DNA from: Catajapyx aquilonaris
Lineage: Eukaryota
DNA: 34,640 nt
Assembly: GCA_000934665.2 (NCBI GenBank)
Contig: JYFJ02000999.1
Span: forward strand, 62,001-96,640
Direction of reading: 5' to 3'
Under the pieces are notes generated by a model, which saw nothing but the letters and a program-made list of their open reading frames with translations, made no database searches and was not told where the DNA came from. Below, piece after piece: positions 25,981 to 34,640 of the stretch; positions within the stretch are counted from its first letter, which is position 1; each line of letters opens with the position of its first letter. Made by a program: the position numbers and the translations under genes.

Positions 25981-27133
25981 CACCTCTGTCTTAATGGAAA
26001 TTGGCTCCTTCCTAAAATAACAACAATACACTGTACCCAATACACAACTGAACCCTTTGCCTAAATTAGGCGCAACCCGATAAAGTAGTATCACATAAAA
26101 TATGAAGCAATAAAAAGCTTCCATGGTCAAAACATACATCCTCACCACTCGCTCTCGAGGCTTCCACAACAATCACACCTTCCCCCCCCCCAAAAAAAAA
26201 AACAGCATCTCCCTTTACAATCAAACATATCAATGCTGCCAACACTCTTTCATCACTCTACTGCCCCTTCCCCTCAACCTTGGTGATTGTGGCAACGGAT
26301 AATATTGGCATCCTTTCTTCGCTTGCCCCATTTCATTCCGCACCCACTGCCGGGGTTGAAATATTCGGATGCAAAGGTGCCACTTGCACTCCAAAATTGT
26401 CATCTGCACTCCAAAACTGAGCCTTGGAGTGCAAAGTTTGCACTCCAATTGGCTCTCCTTTTAAATATGGCTATACCCAGTAATTAAAAATGAAGCACTG
26501 CAAGTTATCGATTTGCACTCCAGATTAAAGTCTGGATTGCATACGGAAAAAAAATGGTTAAAATTCGAGCCCTACCACTATGGCTAAGAGGTTACTATAA
26601 CATCGACAGTGACTATCATTGCTGGCTCATTAATTGTTTTCACAGTAACGCAAACACAATGTCATGGCGACGATGACATTCAACATGATAAATTCTGCCG
26701 TGGTAACCAGGCGGTGCGAAAAACGGGCTCTACTGCTAGTATAATAATGTAAATTCGGTAAGTACTTTCAATGAGCAACAATTGAACATGATGCATATTA
26801 ATAAATTTCAATGAACAAATGCCCACAACTGTAAAACAAAGTTCCAAAACTGGAAGAAAATGTTTGAATATCATTTCCATGGACCGGCAGTTTCGTTTCC
26901 TTTCTTTTTTTTTTCCAGTTTTTCGCCCAACTGCTGGTTGTCAACAACCACAGAAATCAGTGTTTTGGCTAAACAACCGTCAGTGTGTGAGTGCGATGAT
27001 CGGTGTCATCCCCTCCCACGATGCCCCATACTCACTTCGAATCATCCCCTGGCTCCATTCCAGGCTCAGATTTCGCCAAATTTGGAGAAAATAAGGAAGG
27101 AAAATCGTCTTTGGAACGAAAAGGGGCCGCCAT
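24529..27133 (-). CDS. Gene H: acidic-N-terminus C2H2 protein, ~382 aa, 8 fingers, late frameshift removes the last two fingers
   Basis: Exons 27133-27036, 26011-25762, 25329-24529. At ~24576, CCA ACA GCT replaces CCA TTC AGC of gene I (net -1). The ancestral stop lies at ~24393. Confidence 0.78.
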
Positions 27134-27441
27134 CTTGGAATTCGTTGGGTGCGTTCAGAGACTCCCCTATTGGGAAGCCTCCAATCCTATTCGCATCGCG
27201 GTTATCATAAAAATCGCCGCTATTTCTTTCCAGTAGCGGTTATCAGATGGAGCTAGTCGCTACTCGTTCAAATACCTCGTTAATTGGAGTCAATTAAACT
27301 CGCACGCTATCGATTTCGTTAAAACCATTCCGAATTTTAAATAATTCTTTTTTGCAACGAATTTAATTATAAGTATTTCTCCATAAATAAATACAGGTAT
27401 TCAAAAAAATGCGTGTGTGTGTGTGTGTGTGTGAGTGTGTG

Positions 27442-27779
27442 TTCATGTCTTCAATAAGGTCTGGGGACGGACGTTTGTGCTTTTACTGTAGCTGTGGGGA
27501 CGTCTGTCCCCACAGTTCGAATTGCGGGGACATTTGTCGGTCCCCACAGTTTCACACACGCGATGTGTACTATTACAGTGGGGACATATGTCTAAATTAG
27601 TGGGGACATGTCCCCACTATTTTCATTTGTAGGGTTTCACAAAAGTCCATTTTTATCAGCCTAGGTTAGTGTAGGGTAGGGGAGGGTAGGGTAGGGTAGG
27701 TTAGGTTAGGTTAGGTTAGTTTACACTCGCTTCGAAAAGTTGAATTTCCAGGTCCCCACTCCTTAGTGAAGACTAGGCT
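27442..27779. mobile_element. (TG)n-flanked MITE-like element 1 with internal GGGTA/TTAGG tract
   Basis: Inverted repeats 27447-27468 / 27752-27773 (19/22 match), repeated GTGGGGAC/GTCCCCAC, TTAGG run 27701-27719. Confidence 0.75.
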
Positions 27780-27794
27780 GTGTGTGTGTGTGTG

Positions 27795-28057
27795 ATCAGA
27801 CATTGCTATCCTTGTGAGGATATTTTTCGCTTGTTTCCTATCCTTGTGAGGACCGAAAACCTTACGAGGACTTTTTTTCGGCCCTCATAAGGTACACAGT
27901 CCTCACAAGGATGGCGGAAAATCAAACCAAGACCTCCTTTTTACTGTGAAAAAATAGGTCACCAAAATTTCGTGTGTATTTTGTAGGTTAGGTTAGGTTA
28001 GGTTAGTTTTAAATTTTTATTTTTGCCAGACCCTCACAAGGATAGCACTTTATAACA
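27795..28057. mobile_element. (TG)n-flanked MITE-like element 2 with internal TTAGG tract
   Basis: Perfect 16-bp inverted repeat TGCTATCCTTGTGAGG (27804-27819 / 28032-28047), TTAGG run 27984-28006. Confidence 0.75.
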
Positions 28058-28086
28058 TGTGTGTGTGCTGGGTGTGTGTGTGTGTG

Positions 28087-28134
<48 letters not shown>
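28058..28134. repeat. (TG)n + (TTG)n microsatellite
   Basis: Direct reading of the sequence. Confidence 0.9.
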
Positions 28135-28136
<2 letters not shown>

Positions 28137-29932
28137 TTTGCAGAAACCTTATTTGAACAAATACAGCATGTATTTCCTTTACCTAAGTGGGCAATAATTT
28201 AATTGGCGATTATAATACACAAAAGTTCTCGTTTTAAGCACTAATCAACGAATATGCACATTTAATTTGCGGTATTGCTGCCTGCATTACTTGAACCAAG
28301 GAAATAACTGCTGAGAAGTTCTCATATAGCCCATTCTGACTTTAATGGAATGCTTTGTCTGCATCAGCCCCCAGACACTTATACTACATTATGATGTTAT
28401 CATCTGCCCGGGCGTTTTGCAGGAGGTGCTCACCTGAGACCGCCATGAGACATTTCACTCTCCGGTTAAGTGGCGACCCTAGCGGACTAGGCTGAACTTT
28501 ATAGGTACGAAAGGGAAGCGCTACATTGGGGGACCCAACATGGTCGCCAGCAGCCATTTTTACGATTAACTTTAATTGTGATTAACTTTTATTTCGTTTT
28601 CCGTGACCAGCCATAGACCAGACAAGTTGCACAAGTCCTTTGTTAGTGATAAATAACTCGTTTATTTATTTGATACTGTGGTCAGTATAAGTCGATAAGT
28701 GAAGGAGAGAGCGTATTAAATACCACCCAGGGTATATTGGAGGCTAAGGGCATCAGTAGTTAATCGGCCTACACTCAGCGTTCCAGAGTCAAACGAAACT
28801 GGTTAGCAAACATTGGCTCGAATATGAGCCTGGCTAACGTCTGTTGTGGATCGGTTGCTCCCAGTTTCAACAGGATCAGCAGTTTCACTTGAGAGGCAGT
28901 CTGGTTCATGGCCATCGTGATGTGAGGGGAGGAAAAAAGGAGAATACTACGTAAGGAGAAAGAGGACGCCGAACCAAGATGGGAGCCACTGACATTCGAT
29001 CTTCTGACTATTTGCAAAAATTACATTATTACAACTGCAGCATCTTCAAGGTGGCAGTTGGTGAAGACAGTTGGGGCATTTTTGTCGCACTAATCATTTC
29101 TTCATAAGCACTGTGAGAATCGCCCTGCGATGCTTTGAACAGTTGGTCCTCAGTCATCCTCCAACACACACGTCTACTGTTTTATCCATTACACAAAATA
29201 ATGGAGTTCACCCTTCGTCCATTCTCCTCCCGATTACTTGTGCCCAATTTACGAGGACTACACCTCACAGGAGGGTCCTGTGATGACATCATCATGCTAC
29301 CACCCGCCGTGGAGAATGTGCTGTCCCCGACCGCCTTGCGACTCGGTGGACATGTGATCCCACACAGGTCCATCATACTCTCACCCGAGGGTCATCACGG
29401 AGGGATGTCGGTGCTGCGTGTAGCCAGCGAATGGATCGCTGACTGGAGATGACTGCCTCCTGAGGCGAAGATGGTGGTGCAGCCATGGCGCCAGGGTATA
29501 CTAGGAGCTAGCAGCCAGGACACACCAGTGGCAGCCAGCCAGGGCGCTCCAGCGATGCAAGACTTGACCAAGGGGACACATCAAGTCGAGTGGTCACCCA
29601 TCAGCAGTTCCAGCCCGGAGAAGCTAGTGAGTGATCTGTTCCTGGCCGAATTTGGATGTTCCTCACAAGGAGCATCCTTATTTCTTGTGCTTATCTTTTC
29701 CTGGTGGCTTGGTCAACAAAAAACTATAACATCAACCTCCTTGGGTTAAATACAATTTAGTTGATGACACTAGAGTGTACAAATGCTTGTGATGGACCAC
29801 TGCTAACATGAGTCTGGACCTGAATATTAATGCGTTCTGAATGTCTTTTTACAATCCTGACAACGAAATGGTTTCTCTGCGATGCTTGGGCATGCATCTT
29901 TTCAGAGAAGATGCCTGAACAAACATTGAATT

Positions 29933-31970
29933 TCAAGCCTGCCCATTAAATGGCTTTTCTCCTGCGTGAACTCTGGAATGCTTTTTTGAAGCAATGGCGT
30001 AACAAAACATTTTCCCACACACATCACATGGAAACGGCTTCCCCTCTGGACGCCTTTTCATGTGTGTGCTCAGATGAGAAGAGTCCTTAAACGTTCCCTT
30101 GCAAAATGGGCAGCTGAATGGTTCTTCTCCCGTGTGAGTCCGCATGTGTGTTTTTAAACTACTTCCCTGAGTGAAGCTTCGCCCACAAACATCACATGAA
30201 AATGGCTTTTCTCCTGTGTGAGTCGCAGCATGCCTTTTTAAATTAGGCAAGTTATAAAACCTTTTCCCACAAATATCACATCCAAATGGCTTATCGCCTG
30301 TGTGAGTCCTCCTATGTTTTTTTAAATCAGATGAGCTATAAGACCTTTTTCCACACAAATCACAACAATAAGGAGTCTCCCCTGTGTGTGTTCTCTTGTG
30401 TGCAGCCAGAGTAGAAGAGTCCTTAAATGTTGCCTTGCAAAACTGACAGCTGTACGGTTTTTCCCCCGTGTGAGTTCGCATGTGTGATTTTAAAGTACTT
30501 CCCTGAGTGAAGCTTTTCCCACAAATATTACAAGAAAACGGCTTTTCTCCGGTATGAGTTCGCACGTGCTTTGTTAAACTACTTGCCTGAGCGAAGCTTT
30601 GCTCACAAACATGACATGAATATGGCTTTTCCCCCGTGTGAATCCTCACATGTGTCCTTAAAGAAGCTGAATCTGAAAACATTTTCTCACAAACATCACA
30701 ACCAAATGGCTTCTCGCTTGTGTGAGTCCTCCTGTGTGTGGTCAGAGTAGACGAATCCCTAAATGCTCTCTTGCAAATCTGGCAGCCAAACGGCTTTTCT
30801 CCAGTGTGAGTTCGCATGTGTGACTTTAAACCACTTCCCTGAGTGAAGCTTTTCCCACAAATAAGACAAGAAAATGGCTTTTCCCCTGTGTGAGTCCTCA
30901 CATGTCTTCTTAAATCAACCGCACTACTAAACATTTTCCCACAAATACCACAAGAAAATGTCTTTTCCCCTACGTGAGTCCTGACATGTTTGGGGGTCCC
31001 ATAAGACACATCCAATCGCTTGATCTCCTCTTCTCCCTGAAAGATACAAGCATTTCAGTGGAATCCTTCAGTTCAGATGCGAATGGCTAATTGGCCTCAT
31101 CAAGACCACTTTCTAATGGTTACAAAGTGCTGATGTTTGTGAGTAGAAGCCCTTATTATTCTCAGTGTACCATAACAAGTTGGAAATATTTGGATGCAAA
31201 AATGTGCAATTTTCACTCCAAAATTGTCATCTGCACTCGCTTTTTTTTAAAAAAACATGCGAACTTGAAAATAATCTGTTGACAGGTGAACACTGATGAA
31301 ATGTATGAACATTTTACATATTGTACAATGAAGTCTCTTTATTCCAGTGAGCCCAGCTGAATTGGAGAGAGTTTCTTAAATGTACTCTATAAGTGAACTG
31401 TGGAAGATTATTATCACTGTCAATAATTGGGCATATCTTGCAGCTGGCAGCTTACACACCTTCCTGGTCCTGTTGTCTGTAATGGCCAAGGGATCATCCA
31501 CATCATCAGGGGCATCCGACATGGCAACTGAAGCCTCCTCTTCCTCCACCTTAATGCTGCTGATCTCTTGCACTGGAACAACTGGATGCAGATGAAAGTG
31601 TGGCGAGGTGTCTTCCTCAATCCCAATCTTCCAGGTCTCCTCTATAGTGATTTCCTCATCATCACACCCTTCTTCTCTCTCTGTCTTAATGGGAATAGGT
31701 TCATTCCTATAATAACAAAAACACACACATTTGTCAAAGCAAAAAATAAATTTAAAAAATAATCTGCAATCCCCAATATTCAAGCTCAATCATTTCCATT
31801 AATTTTCTATGTACCCAGGACTATTCGAGCGTGACTATTACTCCCATCCCTCCCGCAGCTTGCACCACTCACTTCGAATCATCCCCTGGCTCCATTCCCG
31901 GCTCAGATTTCGCCAAAATTGGAGAAAATAAGGAAGGAAAATCGTCCGAGGAACGAAAGGGGGCCGCCAT
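29933..31970 (-). CDS. Gene I: acidic-N-terminus C2H2 protein, ~482 aa, 12 fingers (one lacks the last His)
   Basis: Exons 31970-31873, 31706-31460, 31036-29933. GT-AG, frame continuous. Confidence 0.85.
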
Positions 31971-32622
31971 CTTGAAAATTTGTATTGATTTTTTATATTC
32001 TGGGTGCGTTCAGAAATCACGGCCTGCAAAGCGGCGTTTTTTCAAATCGCATCGCTGCTGTCATCAAGAGCCGCTAGTTCTCAACCAGTAGCGGTTATCA
32101 GATAATGGCGTTAGTCGCTACTCGTTCAAAGTGCTATAAATAATTATTGATTGGAGTCAATTTAACTCGTGCATTATCGATATCCGTTGTAGTCCTTCAA
32201 AATATTAAACTGCATCGAAATTGAAAGGTTTATTTCTCCATAAACATATACAGGTATTCAAAATAAGTGCAAAAAATGCGTAAAAAAAGCCATTATTAAA
32301 GTTGGTGCAATTTTTATTTTACTTATGTAGTTATGTACTTTAAATATGTGCATTTAACGTTTCAAAAAACTTATCATTAAAAGCAGCAATGTCAATACTG
32401 TTGATGGAGAAGAAAAAAAATTAATTTTGAAACCTATCTCATTCACTCACGCTATTATTTTGTCCCTTTTTTTTTTACACCGATTCACTTCATGCTGCCG
32501 CAGTGTTGTTGGGTTGTTGCAACAAATAACTGGGCACCACCGGTATGAGAGTGGCTAACTCCTAGCTGGAAATTTACCTCCAGTGACATAAAATGTATGG
32601 ATGGAATATACGAACCTGACAA

Positions 32623-33633
32623 CTAAGCGGTTTCTTTGTGATACTTTATCATGTGTCTTTTCAGAGAAGTTGCCTTAACAAACGTTGCATTGCATGCCTT
32701 GCATTTAAATGGCTTATCTCCTGTGTGAGCTCGCGCATGTCTTTTTAAAGCCATAGGATAGGAAAACTTTTCTCCACACTCATCGCAAGAAAAGGGCTTC
32801 TCCCCTGTGTGCTTTATTCGCATGTGTGTGGACAGAGTAGAAGAATGCCTAAATGATATCTTGCAAATCTGGCAGCTAAACGGTTTTTCTCCGGTGTGAG
32901 TTCGCAAGTGTGACTTTAAACTACTTTTCCGAGAAAAGCTTTTCTCACAAACATGACATGAAAATGGCTTTTCCCCTGTGTGAGTTCTCAAATGTCTCTT
33001 TAAATCAGCTGAACCATCAAACATTTTTCCGCAAGCATCACAACCAAATGGCTTATCGCCTGTGTGAGCCCTTATATGTTTTTTTAAATCGGATGAGGTA
33101 TAAAACATTTCTCCACAGGCATCACAACAATAACGCGTCTCCCCCCTGTGCCTTCTGGTGTGTGTGGTCAGAGTATAAGCGTCCCTAAAGGTTGCATTGC
33201 AAATCTGGCAGCTAAATGGTTTTTCTCCAGTGTGAGAACGCGCATGTCTTTTTAAATGATATTTCCCAGTGAAGCCTTTCCCACAAATAGGACAAGAAAA
33301 TGGCTTTTCCCCTGTGTGAGTCCTCACATGTTTTCTTAAATCAATTGTGTTACGAAACATTGTCCCACAAAGATGGCAAGAAAATCGCTTCTCTCCTGCT
33401 CCTGTGTGCATCAATGTATGTTGTTTCAAGTCTGAAGGCAGAGCAAACTCTTCTCTGCAAATCCGACACCTAAATAGTTGCACCCCAGAAGTCTTGGGCG
33501 TCTCTCTCGTCACGTTAGCTGTGAAACCAAATGGGACACCGGTGCTCAATCCACTTCCATCGGGAGTCCCACAAGGCACATGCAATTGCTTGACTTCCTC
33601 CAAATTTCCTGCACAGGTCTTCTTCTCTTCTCC
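32623..33633 (-). CDS. Gene J: terminal C2H2 exon (10 fingers), closest to gene F; upstream exons not seen in the window
   Basis: Acceptor ttttcag|GGAGAAGAG at 33633 as in F-I. Open to the stop at 32623. Confidence 0.8.
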   Translation of the reverse strand, partial: GEEKKTCAGNLEEVKQLHVPCGTPDGSGLSTGVPFGFTANVTRETPKTSGVQLFRCRICREEFALPSDLKQHTLMHTGAGEKRFSCHLCGTMFRNTIDLRKHVRTHTGEKPFSCPICGKGFTGKYHLKRHARSHTGEKPFSCQICNATFRDAYTLTTHTRRHRGETRYCCDACGEMFYTSSDLKKHIRAHTGDKPFGCDACGKMFDGSADLKRHLRTHTGEKPFSCHVCEKSFSRKSSLKSHLRTHTGEKPFSCQICKISFRHSSTLSTHMRIKHTGEKPFSCDECGEKFSYPMALKRHARAHTGDKPFKCKACNATFVKATSLKRHMIKYHKETA

Positions 33634-34133
33634 CTGAAAATTACAGTACTAAGTGAATTGTGGAAGATTATTATTGCTGTCAATTGGGCATATTATATTG
33701 TATGGCATATTTAACATCAAATCAGACTTGATGAGACAGACATTACTACATAAAATATTTAACCCGCAGTAGTCAGATGGACTAATTCTGGCAAAAGAAG
33801 CTCCAAACTATTGTTGTGACTTATGGTATCCACTTTCAAAAGACAAGCCTATAATGCAATCTTTTGACAGTGAGTTGCAGAATCGATGACTTTGTTACCG
33901 ATGTAGCGGAGCATGAGCTGAGTAACTGACCTTAATGCCCACAAATTCTTGTTTATATATACATTCAGCGACTTTCCTCGGAGGTTGTCTTTTTATTGTG
34001 AGTGATTAGGTTAGGTTCTTAAAATTTACCAGTTCTTGCACTCCAAAGTAATTTGAGTTACATATCGTCCATGCCTCACGCTGACTGACATCAAAAGAAC
34101 AGCCTCTTCCTTTTGAAGTGAGATGACTGAATC

Positions 34134-34640
34134 CAGTGTTCGAAATTGGGATACATAGGCAGGTCGCCAGTGGGACCTGATATGTATAGCATGGTCGCCA
34201 AAACTGTATGTCTAGTCGCCATTATTTTATATTTTATATATCATTAGTCATTACTGTTCCACAGCATAAAATCGCCTATAGTTATAGTGTACAGCGTTAA
34301 TATGCATCACAATTCAGAAGCATACTTTAGTATTTTACCAACTGCTTCTTTTTAGACACGGAACTGCAATAATAGCCTATACAAATCACATCAATGATGG
34401 ATTCACTTTGTTCCTCGGTGTTGATTTTATGCTGGCAGACTCCTCTTCTTCCTCGTCAGCCCGTTTGCTGACTTTGGCAATGCTACTGCCCACAAAAAAA
34501 TCCGAAATCTTGCGTTTTGCCATTTTCCTCGGGAGAGCACTTCTCGAGTCCGATCCGCCTCTCTTGCCGACTGCGACTCGAAATCAGTCGAAAAAGTGGA
34601 AAGACTATCTAAGACTATTTCGAAACTTCTCTCTCTCCCC
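34134..34640. mobile_element. Possible hAT-like element end, running off the window
   Basis: CAGTGTTCGAAATT start, three GTCGCCA subterminal repeats, and a short minus-strand ORF 34523-34386 beginning MAKRKISDFF. The second TIR is not visible. Confidence 0.4.

Noticed and set aside
27671..28006. TTAGG runs as a true telomere or chromosome fusion scar
   Set aside because: Only about four units each, enclosed within inverted-repeat elements that are absent from the paralogous site.
28362..28750. Segment absent from the paralogous unit, with weak AGCCCCCA/TGGAGGCT ends
   Set aside because: No convincing TIR or TSD, so it cannot be classified.

Overview
Eukaryotic DNA, most likely arthropod (TTAGG tracts, DRE-like promoter motifs, an insect-type alpha-tubulin tail). 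The window is a head-to-tail, all minus-strand cluster of about 10 paralogous genes, which I label A-J. Eight have a C2H2 zinc-finger exon in view, and a complete 3-exon alpha-tubulin gene sits inside the cluster. Units A-I share one plan: a first exon whose ATG lies in a YY1/Pho-type motif (CAAGATGGCG), then an acidic exon with psi-K-x-E motifs, usually an EExW motif, and a DPL motif. A terminal C2H2 array follows (outside the window in A, largely deleted in D). In the left subfamily, the phase-0 slot after the acidic exon holds different cassettes: a duplicated acidic exon (A, B), a THAP domain (C) or a Chapaev/CMC-transposase-like domain (D). The first ATG opens a short uORF in five paralogs and an in-frame N-terminal extension in four. 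Several MITEs, an in-frame retroposon insertion in a coding exon, finger gain/loss and C-terminal finger trimming are visible. All gene models come from manual reading of splice sites and reading frames. No database searches were run, so domain names rest on motif recognition only.
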